From Polyangiaceae bacterium (lineage in GTDB: Bacteria > Myxococcota_A > Polyangia > Polyangiales > Polyangiaceae): a DNA stretch of 64,000 nt. Within the stretch, counting starts at the first letter, position 1; every line of letters starts with the position of its first letter. Of this stretch, positions 7,825 through 16,847 are shown piece by piece. Under the pieces are notes generated by a model. That model did no database searches, had not been told where the DNA came from, and saw only the letters and a program-made list of their open reading frames with translations. Made by a program: the position numbers and the translations under genes. The stretch covers positions 352,001 to 416,000 of the forward strand of contig JANRKO010000006.1 in NCBI GenBank assembly GCA_033763455.1, given 5' to 3'.

Positions 7825-8720
7825 AGCAAGAACAAGCGCGAACGTCGGGTTTCTTGGTAGCGATGCTCCATCTTCCGGATGGAGGGAAAAGTACTGATGA
7901 ATATTAGCTTGAGCAGGGAGTTTCGGGCCACGAACCACCAAACTAGAAGCGACCGGCGGTATGCGTCCCCGTGGTGGGCTTCCTGCTCCGGCGGCCCTGG
8001 GAGCCAGCGTAACATGCTTCGCGCTCTCTCAGTGAGCGGCACAACCGGTTCACTCTTTAAAAGGCCACGGTCCTTTGCCAACTGCAAACAATAGGGAAAA
8101 ATGTCATGCGTACGGGTGGAGTTGATGAGCTGGATGAGGCGCGGAAGGTTGAGCTCCTCACGCCAAGCCTCGTGAGCACGGGCGAATTCCTCCAAGATCC
8201 TGAGCTCTAGCCCCAAGTGCTGGAGATAGTGGCTTGCTAGGTGGAGCAAGCAGAGCTCCTTGTTGAGTACTGAGATTTCGGTATCGCGAAGGCGCCAGGT
8301 TTGGCGATTCTCCCAAAGTATGGATTCTGGCACCCCAAGGTACAATGGGAACGCGTTCCAGTGGAGTTCCACAACGAACGGTGCTCCCCGGGGAGGAGTG
8401 CGAAACAACGGGTGTTGAAAATCGCTCTTCAGATCCATTTCGAGGGAGCGAAGGCGAGGAGCGTGGTAGCCAAGCTTGGCCAAGATCGACGCCGCGCGCG
8501 GAGCATCGGATGCGTGCACCAGAATGTCGTTATCGGCGATGCGGCGTGTTTCGATGCGGGTGCCCAACCGATCCAAGAGCGGCAATCCTTTAAGCACCAG
8601 CGCATCTATCTTCTCCTCCGCGAGGGCACGGAGTATGGAAAGCAGCTCCTCTTCTAGCAGCGTGTTGTACGCAAGCTTACGTATGTCTTCGACTGCCGAG
8701 GGGCTGGGGTTTGGCACCAA
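7719..8720 (-). CDS. Nucleotidyltransferase family protein (NTP_transf_5-like)
   Basis: ALVLKG, RRIADNDILV, VELHW, LLHLASH motifs. Confidence 0.85.
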   Translation of the reverse strand: MVPNPSPSAVEDIRKLAYNTLLEEELLSILRALAEEKIDALVLKGLPLLDRLGTRIETRRIADNDILVHASDAPRAASILAKLGYHAPRLRSLEMDLKSDFQHPLFRTPPRGAPFVVELHWNAFPLYLGVPESILWENRQTWRLRDTEISVLNKELCLLHLASHYLQHLGLELRILEEFARAHEAWREELNLPRLIQLINSTRTHDIFPYCLQLAKDRGLLKSEPVVPLTERARSMLRWLPGPPEQEAHHGDAYRRSLLVWWFVARNSLLKLIFISTFPSIRKMEHRYQETRRSRLFLLYLCRPLRPLWRLASRLAKKRAAWRSARLTPGPLR

Positions 8721-8779
8721 CCTAGGTATGCGACCGGCCCTGGCTCAAATAAAGGGCGAATCGCCCAAGTCTCCGCGCC

Positions 8780-9211
8780 TTAGTGCCCCAGGCGTTGGCT
8801 CAGCCAGGCAGAAAACTGGTGCGCGGGCAGCAATCCTTCTTGGCGAGCCGTTTCGCGACCCCCTTGGAATAGCAGAAAAGCTGGAATTCCTGAGATCCTG
8901 AACTTAGCGGACGGCCCTGGGTTTTCATCTGTGTTGAGCTTGAGCACGGCAACCTTACCCGCTTGTGCTCGTGCAACCTGCTCAAGCACTGGGGCTGCCA
9001 TCCGGCACGGACCGCACCAAGGCGCCCAAAAATCCACCAACACGGGCAGTGGCGACGCTTCAAGAGCCGCAAATAGCTCCCCCGTATTAACCGCCTGCGG
9101 CAACCCGGCCGTTTCTAGCGTTTGCTTGCAGCGGCCGCAAACGGGCGTCCCTTCACGACCTTCCGCGACGCGATTGAAGGCGCCGCACTTAGAACAACGA
9201 AAGGTTAACAT
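8780..9211 (-). CDS. trxC: Thioredoxin 2 with N-terminal zinc finger
   Basis: CSKCGAFNRV...CGRC zinc finger and DFWAPWCGPC active site. Confidence 0.92.
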   Translation of the reverse strand: MLTFRCSKCGAFNRVAEGREGTPVCGRCKQTLETAGLPQAVNTGELFAALEASPLPVLVDFWAPWCGPCRMAAPVLEQVARAQAGKVAVLKLNTDENPGPSAKFRISGIPAFLLFQGGRETARQEGLLPAHQFSAWLSQRLGH

Positions 9212-9410
9212 TAGGGGGAACGTAAACACGACGTAGTCCCCACGCAACTCTAGCCAGTGGGGCCGCGGCTTTCTTCGGCCTGAGGCCGCGGACTACGGGG
9301 AGGGAACGGTATTCTTACGTCTATCTGCTCCTTTCTCAGCCAGGCTAACGTTGTTTCCGGCGTCCGGGGTGCTTGTAGGCCCCAGGCCTAGGCCTGCTAT
9401 ACTCGCCCGC

Positions 9411-10424
9411 ATGTCGTTGTCCCGGATAAGGTCAAAGGCGACCTTCCCGGTTGTTGTTGGCGCTTTGCTCGTGCTTCTTCTGTTGGCGTCCGTGCTTTCG
9501 CTCTGGGTTGGGCACGGGGATCTCTCAGATGTTGCCCTACGAGCGGCCTTCTTAGAGCTTCGGGGGATGCGGGTTGCCGCCGCCTTTTTCGCTGGTGCCG
9601 CGCTGGCGGTAGGTGGGGTGATGGTGCAGGGGCTGTTTCGGAATCCGCTCGCAAGCCCAGAGATATTGGGGACAACTGCGGGTGCCGCACTGGGCGGTAA
9701 GCTCGCGCTGTTCTTTTACGAAACCGTGCTTGCCGGGGCACTGGTTTGGATTTCGCCACTGACGTTGGTCCCATTGGGGTCGCTTTTGGGGGCACTTCTG
9801 GCGCTTTCGTTGCTGCTCGTGATCGTCCGCGTCCGCGACGATGTGGTGGTGTTGTTGCTGGTGGGCTTCTTGCTCTCCTCTTTGTTTCTGGCTCTTGGTG
9901 GGTTTGTAATGGCGTTAGCTCAGGAGCGCTGGGAGCTTGCCCGAGCGTTGATCGGATTTTCCTGGGGTGATTTAAGCAGTGTGGGGGCAAAGCAGCTGTG
10001 GATGGCCGCGCCGCTCGTGGTGATCGGAAGTGGCGCGTGTTGGTTCTGGGGTAAACCTCTCGACATTTTGCTCTCCGGAGACGAAGAGGCGCGCTCCTTG
10101 GGCGTGAACGTGAAGCAAACGCGCTTCTGGTGCATCGTCTGGACCTCCGTGTTAACGTCGGCAGCTGTTGGGCTAGGAGGGAACGTGGGGTTTGTGGGGT
10201 TGGTGGTGCCGCATGCACTACGGCCGTTTGTGGGCGTGCGGCATCGGCGGTTGATGTTCTGTTCGGTTATTCTGGGGGGCGCATTCTTAGTGCTGTGCGA
10301 TGTCGTGGCTCGCGTGCTGCCCACTCGAAGCGAGGTGCCGCTCGGCGTTGTTACGGGAATTGTTGGCGCTCCCATGTTCTTGTTGTTGCTCAGTCGTACG
10401 CGGCGCGAGGTGCAGCTTGGCTAG
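9411..10424 (+). CDS. FecCD/BtuC-family ABC permease (cobalamin/iron chelate)
   Basis: QGLFRNPLASPEILG, GDEEARSLGV, GFVGLVVPH, EVPLGVVT. Confidence 0.93.
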   Translation: MSLSRIRSKATFPVVVGALLVLLLLASVLSLWVGHGDLSDVALRAAFLELRGMRVAAAFFAGAALAVGGVMVQGLFRNPLASPEILGTTAGAALGGKLALFFYETVLAGALVWISPLTLVPLGSLLGALLALSLLLVIVRVRDDVVVLLLVGFLLSSLFLALGGFVMALAQERWELARALIGFSWGDLSSVGAKQLWMAAPLVVIGSGACWFWGKPLDILLSGDEEARSLGVNVKQTRFWCIVWTSVLTSAAVGLGGNVGFVGLVVPHALRPFVGVRHRRLMFCSVILGGAFLVLCDVVARVLPTRSEVPLGVVTGIVGAPMFLLLLSRTRREVQLG

Positions 10425-11379
10425 GCTATTGGCTCCCTTGAATGCGGCGGGCGTCGCTCTCGCCTTGGCTTTGAGTGCCGGGGCAAGTTTGCGATTTTCC
10501 TCGGTGAACCAAGAAAGTACGCCTGGAAGTAAGCGTACTCCGGCGGCGCTCTTGGTGAACACTCCAGAGGGCCCTGCGCTTCGGGACGCCACTGGTGCGG
10601 TCGTAGTCGTGAAAAATTACCAACGCATTGTCGGCGGGAGCCTCGTGGCGGATCGCTTGTTGCTTGAACTGGCCGAACCAGCTCGCGTCCTTGCCTCGCT
10701 TGATTCCTCGCGTGCCACAGCTTGGGGCTTTCGCATTACGGCGCCGCACACGCTCTCCGAGCCGACCAACGCGGAACGGCTGCTAGCACTTAAGCCCGAT
10801 CTGGTGATCTTGAGTGATCTCGGAGAGGCTTCAAAAGTTCAGCGGTTGCGTGAGCTCGGGTTGGCAGTGTTTGTGCTCGGTCCCATGCGCGGACGGGCAA
10901 CGTTACTTCCTCAAATACAGGCAATCTCGATGCTTCTTGGTGCGCCCGCACGCGGTGAGGCGCTCAGTTCAGCTTTTCGAGCGCGAAGCGAACGCGTAGC
11001 GGTGAGTGTGCCGAAGGGCAAACGCCTGCGAGCGCTGTATGTTGGAGCTTACGGGGATAAAATGTTCGGCGGAACGCGTGGAACGAGTTACCACGACGTG
11101 CTCGAAATGGCTGGCCTCGTTGATGCAGCGGAATCTAAGTTCGAAGGCTGGCCACAATACAGCCCCGAGCAGGTCTTGAGCCTCGATCCTGATGTCTTGG
11201 TCACAACCACCACGTCTGCCAAGAATCTGTGCGAGCAAACAGGGCTTCAGGCGTTACGGGCATGCCGCGCGGAAAATGGTGTCGTAGCCCTAAATGAAGG
11301 GCTTATGAGCGATCCTGGGTTGGCGATGCTTGATGCCGCCGAGGCAGTGTTCGAAGCCGTGTACGGCACGCGCCATTGA
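10417..11379 (+). CDS. ABC transporter substrate-binding protein (BtuF/FepB-like)
   Basis: ERLLALKPDLVI, WPQYSPEQVLSLDPDVLV; TTG start overlaps the permease stop. Confidence 0.85.
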   Translation: MARLLAPLNAAGVALALALSAGASLRFSSVNQESTPGSKRTPAALLVNTPEGPALRDATGAVVVVKNYQRIVGGSLVADRLLLELAEPARVLASLDSSRATAWGFRITAPHTLSEPTNAERLLALKPDLVILSDLGEASKVQRLRELGLAVFVLGPMRGRATLLPQIQAISMLLGAPARGEALSSAFRARSERVAVSVPKGKRLRALYVGAYGDKMFGGTRGTSYHDVLEMAGLVDAAESKFEGWPQYSPEQVLSLDPDVLVTTTTSAKNLCEQTGLQALRACRAENGVVALNEGLMSDPGLAMLDAAEAVFEAVYGTRH

Positions 11380-11411
11380 AGACAAGCTATGTGCTGGGGG
11401 CGGCCCAGCTA

Positions 11412-12197
11412 TCACCCATCTCGGTGAAGTTGGAAGCTGAGGCCAGCGCCGACTTCTAAATCTACCCCATAGCCTTCAAAAATAGGCCCGCGAGTGATCA
11501 CTTCGCGCGAAGGACCTTGGGCAATCACACGCCCGGCATTTAAGAGGATGCTCCGGTTGGTGTAACGCAGGGCTTCCTCCAGGTGATGGAGTGCCAGGAT
11601 GATCAGGTGCCCCTTCTGGCTCAGGCCTTGCAGCAACTCCAAAAAGCTCAGTGCAAAACGCACGTCCAAAGCCGCAGTTGGTTCGTCCAGTAAGATCACT
11701 TGCGCACCTGTTGCCAGGGCACGCGCCAGAAGAACGCGCCGTTGTTCGCCTCCAGAAAGTTCATTGAAGGGGCGGTCGGCAAGGCTAGTGGCCTCTACTG
11801 CTTCGAGTGCTTCTGCCACACACGTCCGATCAGCAGCGGACATCCCAAAAAGGCCCGTGTGTCGGCTGTAGCGAGCGAGCGCCACGACATCCCACACCGG
11901 CATAGGTGCCATGAGTAACGACTTTTGCGGGACGTAGGCGAGCTTCTGGGCGCGCTCTTTTGCAGATACTGTTTTTAGGTTCACACCGAACAGTGTTACG
12001 GTGCCGGTGTAGTCTATTAACCCGCAAAGGGCGCGCAGAAGGGTCGTCTTGCCCGCGCCATTTGCGCCAAGCAGCGAGATAACTTCACCGCGTTCGGCGG
12101 TAAATGAGACCTCCCGGACCACGTCTCGCCCGCCCATCTTCACACCGAGGCAGTGAGCTTCAAGGGCAGGGGAGGGCATGGGCGGATGCCATAGCAT
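11412..12197 (-). CDS. ABC ATPase (BtuD/FecE-like)
   Basis: GANGAGKTT, LSGGEQRRVLLARALA, LLDEPT. Confidence 0.93.
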   Translation of the reverse strand: MLWHPPMPSPALEAHCLGVKMGGRDVVREVSFTAERGEVISLLGANGAGKTTLLRALCGLIDYTGTVTLFGVNLKTVSAKERAQKLAYVPQKSLLMAPMPVWDVVALARYSRHTGLFGMSAADRTCVAEALEAVEATSLADRPFNELSGGEQRRVLLARALATGAQVILLDEPTAALDVRFALSFLELLQGLSQKGHLIILALHHLEEALRYTNRSILLNAGRVIAQGPSREVITRGPIFEGYGVDLEVGAGLSFQLHRDG

Positions 12198-12248
12198 CTA
12201 CGCGCCGCCATCGCGACCCGGTTGTAACGCACACTCTGCAGGCCGCGT

Positions 12249-13469
12249 TCAGTGTTGCTGCGCCGTCACCGGAGACAGCGGATCGCACGCCTCGAGAGAC
12301 TCATCGAACTCCTGCTCGATGGCAGTAAGACCAGAAAGTGCGTCGGCAACGGAGCTGGCTTTTTCTCCGGGCTTGGGGAAATGGGCCACCAACACTGGCT
12401 CTCTCACGCCGGCAAGCTCGGTGCCTTTCACCGGTAGGTGCCCTTGCGCCACGAGCTTATCGTACAGGAGGCGTCCACGCTCGCGTGCTATGGGGCTGGC
12501 GAAGCGGACGTGAAAGTGGTTGTCGTGGCCCGGCGCGTGCTTCACGGCAGGATTCGGATAGCGCCCTTCGCCTTCGAACATTTGCTTGAGCCAAAGGGGA
12601 TCTTCGCCGATGGAGGCTGCGTAGTCGCGAAACCATGTTTGAAGTTCGCGGTCTAAAAGGACGTAATCGATCGGGGTTTGGGTGAGGAAAGCCTTCAAGA
12701 GGGCCCAACTCCGCGGGTAGTCAATCTCATTGCGGGTCGGTGGTTTGAACCAAACTGAGCCCTGCGTGCGGTAGAAGTAAACATCCACGTCGCGTCCGCT
12801 GCGATGGCTCTTGTGAGGAGGAGCATAGCCACCACCTTCAGGGCTAATTGAGCCGATCATAACCGGTGGAGAATGCGGAAATTGCTCCTGAACCGTGGCA
12901 ATCGCGCGAGTGAGCCCCAGAAGAGTCTCTTCGGTGCCGAAGCGATGTTGCGGAACGGTTACCACCCATCGTGGATCCTTTTTGAGCGCAACGCCGTTGA
13001 TCAAAAAGCCAACATTGGGATGCCCTACGCTGATGGCGCCAATCGAACGCTGTGCCTCTTCGCTGTAGACTGAAAGCTTGAGCTTCTCTGGTTTCGGAAC
13101 GGCGGCTGCTAGGGACGGAGCATGAGGTTTGCCTGGTGCCCGTTTCGGCAGCGAGCGAGGCCTGACGCTTTGCTTGGTCTTGGGCGGACGAGGCCTGACG
13201 CTTTGCTTGGTTTTGGGAGTAGAAGTGCCCCCTGCCTTGCTGTGCTCCACTTTGGCTTTGTCGGCTGACTCCTGTTCTGTCGACCGACTTGTCTTAGGTG
13301 GTGCCGGCTGCGAGTGAATCGCCTTTGCCGTGGTTGTGGCAGGCCAAGCGATGTTGGCAAAGAGCCCCAGCAAAATAGGCGCGAAGAAGCGTGCCGCAGG
13401 GCTCGGGTGCCGGGCACCGGTTATGAACTGCTTCGTGAACTTGCACTGCGTGAAAATGGCTTTCAACAC
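12249..13469 (-). CDS. Penicillin-insensitive murein endopeptidase (MepA-like)
   Basis: HKSHRSGRDVD and HDNHFHVR zinc motifs; Lys/Pro-rich linker; start uncertain (ORF extends to 13604). Confidence 0.8.
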   Translation of the reverse strand: MLKAIFTQCKFTKQFITGARHPSPAARFFAPILLGLFANIAWPATTTAKAIHSQPAPPKTSRSTEQESADKAKVEHSKAGGTSTPKTKQSVRPRPPKTKQSVRPRSLPKRAPGKPHAPSLAAAVPKPEKLKLSVYSEEAQRSIGAISVGHPNVGFLINGVALKKDPRWVVTVPQHRFGTEETLLGLTRAIATVQEQFPHSPPVMIGSISPEGGGYAPPHKSHRSGRDVDVYFYRTQGSVWFKPPTRNEIDYPRSWALLKAFLTQTPIDYVLLDRELQTWFRDYAASIGEDPLWLKQMFEGEGRYPNPAVKHAPGHDNHFHVRFASPIARERGRLLYDKLVAQGHLPVKGTELAGVREPVLVAHFPKPGEKASSVADALSGLTAIEQEFDESLEACDPLSPVTAQQH

Positions 13470-13528
13470 AGCTACATCGATAGCAAGCGAGCCGTGCGCC
13501 GGCCAAAATTTACGACTCTGCCCCGGAG

Positions 13529-13948
13529 CTAGCCCGCAAGAAGTGCGGCCAACTCTGCTCGCAGGCGAGGCGCTTGATCCGGATCGAGGCTCTTGGCTGG
13601 CCAACCCACCCCGAGGCCTTGCTTTTCATCGGGTTTGGGAATGATGTGGAAGTGAACGTGAGGCACCGCTTGATGTGCTTGGGCGCCGTTGTTCTGGAGT
13701 ACATTGAAAGCTTGCACTCCGGTTACCTTCTGAACTGCACGGCAGATGCGCGGCAAAACGCGGCCAAGCGCGGCGGCGGACTCATCGGAGAGCGCATCTA
13801 AGGTAACGGCTGGCTCTTTCGGGACCACCAAGGTGTGTCCGGGCGCTACCGGGTTGATGTCGAGGAAGGCGAAGACGAGCGCGTCTTCGTAGACTTTATG
13901 TGAGGGGATATCTCCGCGAATAATGCGTGTGAAGAGAGTCTCAGCCAT
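13529..13948 (-). CDS. HIT family nucleotide-binding protein
   Basis: AFLDINP..PGHTLVVPK, QAVPHVHFHIIP histidine triad. Confidence 0.95.
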   Translation of the reverse strand: MAETLFTRIIRGDIPSHKVYEDALVFAFLDINPVAPGHTLVVPKEPAVTLDALSDESAAALGRVLPRICRAVQKVTGVQAFNVLQNNGAQAHQAVPHVHFHIIPKPDEKQGLGVGWPAKSLDPDQAPRLRAELAALLAG

Positions 13949-13984
13949 GTTCGTCTCCAGTTGCTTACAGTAGATAGCATTCGG

Positions 13985-15091
13985 TCAGCGTTTTAAAAGT
14001 GAGTTAGCCTGGGCGGCGTAAGGCCCAGTCGCAAAGCGTTCGAGATACTTTTCGGCAACGTGGCGCGCTCCGCTCGCGTCCCCGGCGCGCGAACTTGCGT
14101 CCATTTGTCGACCTAAAGCCTCCGCCACAAGGTCACCGTTCGGTCGCTCTTTTTCGTAAGTGCCAAACCACTTGGCGGCTTCGTCGGGGCGAGTCTCAGC
14201 AAGCAAGCGCCCAAGCCTGAAGGCCGCGTTGGGGGCTGCATCTTCGCGTGCGAAGCGATCGCGCACGCAACGCAACAAGCTTTCGGCAGTACGGAGATCT
14301 TTGGCTAATCCGGCAAGATCCGCGGCTTGGGTGAGATCTTCAGCGGGCCAGGTTTTGCATTGTACGTCGAGGGCCGTCTTTTGGGATTTTGCGAATGCGG
14401 CATCGTAGTTGCCTTGCGCCGCAAGCTCCTTCCAGGTGAGAGGGCTCTCCTCGCTCGAAGCCCCCCCCCGGCCTTGCCCGCCGTTATTCGGATTAACTAG
14501 CGTTTTCGCTGGTTCTGGCAGCGAGCTCGCCTTTTTGGGGTGCACGCAAAGCAGCTGCAACGTGGTCTTATCGCGCAGGCGATGGGGTGATTGGCCGCAC
14601 GCGCTTAGGAGCTCCGCGCTACCGGAGTTAAACTGAAGTTCAAATGAGTTGAGGCTCGGGGACCATGTCATGCGAAAATCAGCAGATTGCACGTACATGC
14701 GAAAGGGTCCAGCCGACGCTATCCAATCGCGCTCATTGCCCGTTTCCACGTAGAAATGCGCGGTACCCTCCTCAAGGCGCACTTCCACCCGAGGCTCTGC
14801 AACCGTGACCACCCGCGCCTTGGTATGCGCTTCAAGCGTTACTCGGCTGCCGTCCCAGAACGAAATCTCCGGAGAGCTTTCGCTTTGGATAACCTTATCG
14901 ATCTCGGTGACGTCGCCAGCACTGAAACTGGGCGTCGCGGAACCTTTGTTGAGCCAGCGAGCTACCACGAGCCCGAGCGGAATGAGGATCATCAGAAGGA
15001 GCGCCAGCGTCGCTATGCGAGCCCTCAGAAAGCGACCGCGAGGAGTGCTTGGCATCCCCACCCCCAAACCACCCGCGCCTCCCTCCGTCAA
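13985..15091 (-). CDS. FecR-domain membrane protein with C-terminal TPR (anti-sigma-like)
   Basis: TM helix, DGSRVTL...VRLEEGTAHFYV FecR-like segment, TPR tail (YEKERPNGDLVAEALGR, YLERFATGPYA). Confidence 0.75.
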   Translation of the reverse strand: MTEGGAGGLGVGMPSTPRGRFLRARIATLALLLMILIPLGLVVARWLNKGSATPSFSAGDVTEIDKVIQSESSPEISFWDGSRVTLEAHTKARVVTVAEPRVEVRLEEGTAHFYVETGNERDWIASAGPFRMYVQSADFRMTWSPSLNSFELQFNSGSAELLSACGQSPHRLRDKTTLQLLCVHPKKASSLPEPAKTLVNPNNGGQGRGGASSEESPLTWKELAAQGNYDAAFAKSQKTALDVQCKTWPAEDLTQAADLAGLAKDLRTAESLLRCVRDRFAREDAAPNAAFRLGRLLAETRPDEAAKWFGTYEKERPNGDLVAEALGRQMDASSRAGDASGARHVAEKYLERFATGPYAAQANSLLKR

Positions 15092-15105
15092 CCTTCATTC
15101 AGGTC

Positions 15106-15133
15106 TTGATACTGTTCTTATGTTCAGTATTAT
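15106..15133 (+). promoter_or_regulatory. Sigma70-like promoter (TTGATA-16-TATTAT) overlapped by a LexA-like box TACTG-N10-CAGTA
   Basis: TACTGTTCTTATGTTCAGTA at 15110-15129, immediately upstream of a DNA repair dioxygenase gene. Confidence 0.65.
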
Positions 15134-15140
15134 GTGGGGC

Positions 15141-15779
15141 ATGCAACAGTGCCTGTTTGGACATGGGGAACCCTCTTTTGATGCGCGTATGCGCAGAGCG
15201 GAACGTTTTGAGCTCGGCAAGGGCGCGTGGCTCGAGTACCTGCCGGGGTGGCTGCAAGGGCACTCGGAGCTGTTCGATGCGCTGGTGCGCTCCGCAGATT
15301 GGCACCGCGAGCAACGTCGGATGTACGAGCGAGAGGTGGAGGTTCCCCGCTTGATGGCGCGCGCCCCGAGAGATTCATCGGCCACGCCCGTGTTGCGTGG
15401 GATGTCGTACGCGTTATCGGAGAGGTACCATTTGGAGCTCAATCACCTCACGCTGGCTTGGTATCGGAACGGCGCAGATAGCGTGGCGCCCCATGGGGAC
15501 AAGCTCGGATCGCTTACGGACAATACAGTCGTTGCGATTGTGTCGCTCGGAGAGCCGCGGCGCTTCACGTTGCGGCCAGCGGAAGGTGGAGCCACGCGAT
15601 TTCTCCGTCCTGGTTATGGCGATCTAGTGGTGATGGGGGGAACTTGCCAGCGAACGTTCTTGCACGCGATCCCGAAGCAGGGGCAAGCAGGGCCCCGCAT
15701 GGCCGTCATGTTCAGGCCTGAAGTGCCTTGGGAAAGGTCTGCCGGGCCGGGCCGGGCGCTCAACCCTCCAGGGATGTGA
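15141..15779 (+). CDS. AlkB-family 2OG-Fe(II) dioxygenase
   Basis: VPRL, YRNGADSVAPHGD, VSLGEPRRF, GDLVVMGG..Q..HAIPK, PRMAVMFR. Confidence 0.92.
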   Translation: MQQCLFGHGEPSFDARMRRAERFELGKGAWLEYLPGWLQGHSELFDALVRSADWHREQRRMYEREVEVPRLMARAPRDSSATPVLRGMSYALSERYHLELNHLTLAWYRNGADSVAPHGDKLGSLTDNTVVAIVSLGEPRRFTLRPAEGGATRFLRPGYGDLVVMGGTCQRTFLHAIPKQGQAGPRMAVMFRPEVPWERSAGPGRALNPPGM

Positions 15780-15890
15780 AGGGGTGGGTTTCTGTCGCAC
15801 ATCGACAGCCAAAACTACGGAGCAAACTACTGTTTCCGCACTTGGTAGGCTCCGAAAGGTAAGCAGGCCAGTCATACTGAGAGCTAGCGC

Positions 15891-16796
15891 ATGCGCAAGT
15901 CTGCACCAGATTTCGGCGACCAAACGGTCGAAACAACCATCTCGCGGGATGCGTTGGGACAGGTCACGTTCGCGCAGCAAGCGTGCTTGGTGGTCCTAGC
16001 TGGGCCCCGGATCGGTCAGCGTGTGGCACTCGCGGGCAAAGCGCTCAGTATTGGCCGAGGCAGCAAGAATCGACTCATCTTTGATGCTGATTCGGTGAGC
16101 CGTCAGCATGCGTCTATCGAATGGACGGGGGCCGCGCATCAAGTAAAAGATCTCGGCTCCACGAACGGCACGTTCGTGAATGAACGGCGCGTTATCGATT
16201 GTGTTTTGAAAGATAGCGACCGCGTGCAGCTTGGGAAAGTGCTGCTGAAGTACATTTCGAGCGGGAATATCGAGAGCGTCTACCATGCAGAAATTCAGCG
16301 GCTCACGCGCTTCGACGGGCTTACAGGTGTGCCCAATCGTCGGCATTTCGACGAAGTTCTCGAGAGTGAATTCACCCAGCTTGCCGAGCACCAGCGCCCC
16401 TTAAGCGTTGTCGTTTTCGATCTCGATCACTTCAAGCAAGTGAACGACAAACACGGGCACCCCGCTGGGGATTCCGTGCTCAGGCAGGTCGCCGAAAGAG
16501 TTGCAAAGGTGCTGGGTTCGGAGCTGTTCTTGGCGCGTACGGGCGGGGAAGAGTTTGCCGTAGTGTGCCCCGGCATGCCCGTGGAGTTGGCGGGCGAAGT
16601 GGCAGAGAGAATTCGCGCCTGCGTAGAAGCTGAGCGCTACATGTTCGACGGCACCGCAATTCCCATGACGGTGAGCCTGGGCGTGGCTGCTGCAAGCTCG
16701 CTCAATCCTCCCAATATCCCCGCGCTTCTCGGGGAGGCCGATAGGCGCCTGTACGTCGCAAAATCGCACGGTCGCAACCGCGTGTGCTCAACCTAG
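15891..16796 (+). CDS. FHA-GGDEF diguanylate cyclase
   Basis: FHA (IGR...VSRQHA...DLGSTNGTFVN) and DLDHFKQVNDKHGHPAGD...GGEEF. Confidence 0.95.
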   Translation: MRKSAPDFGDQTVETTISRDALGQVTFAQQACLVVLAGPRIGQRVALAGKALSIGRGSKNRLIFDADSVSRQHASIEWTGAAHQVKDLGSTNGTFVNERRVIDCVLKDSDRVQLGKVLLKYISSGNIESVYHAEIQRLTRFDGLTGVPNRRHFDEVLESEFTQLAEHQRPLSVVVFDLDHFKQVNDKHGHPAGDSVLRQVAERVAKVLGSELFLARTGGEEFAVVCPGMPVELAGEVAERIRACVEAERYMFDGTAIPMTVSLGVAAASSLNPPNIPALLGEADRRLYVAKSHGRNRVCST

Positions 16797-16847
16797 TTGA
16801 ACACCTCGTTGCGGCGCGCTCTTCGAAGGCCGATAGCCGGATCAGCG

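Noticed and set aside
4464..8720. Classical lasso peptide or PQQ biosynthesis cluster
   Set aside because: No asparagine-synthetase-like cyclase or B2 protease; no pqqB/pqqC and no ExxxY PqqA core
1311..12197. Cobalamin genes serving the radical SAM enzyme
   Set aside because: The rSAM protein has no N-terminal B12-binding domain (CxxxCxxC lies near residue 34); the proximity appears incidental
13157..13212. 22-bp direct repeat GAGGCCTGACGCTTTGCTTGGT
   Set aside because: In-frame duplication (KTKQSVRPR x2) in the low-complexity linker of the MepA-like protein
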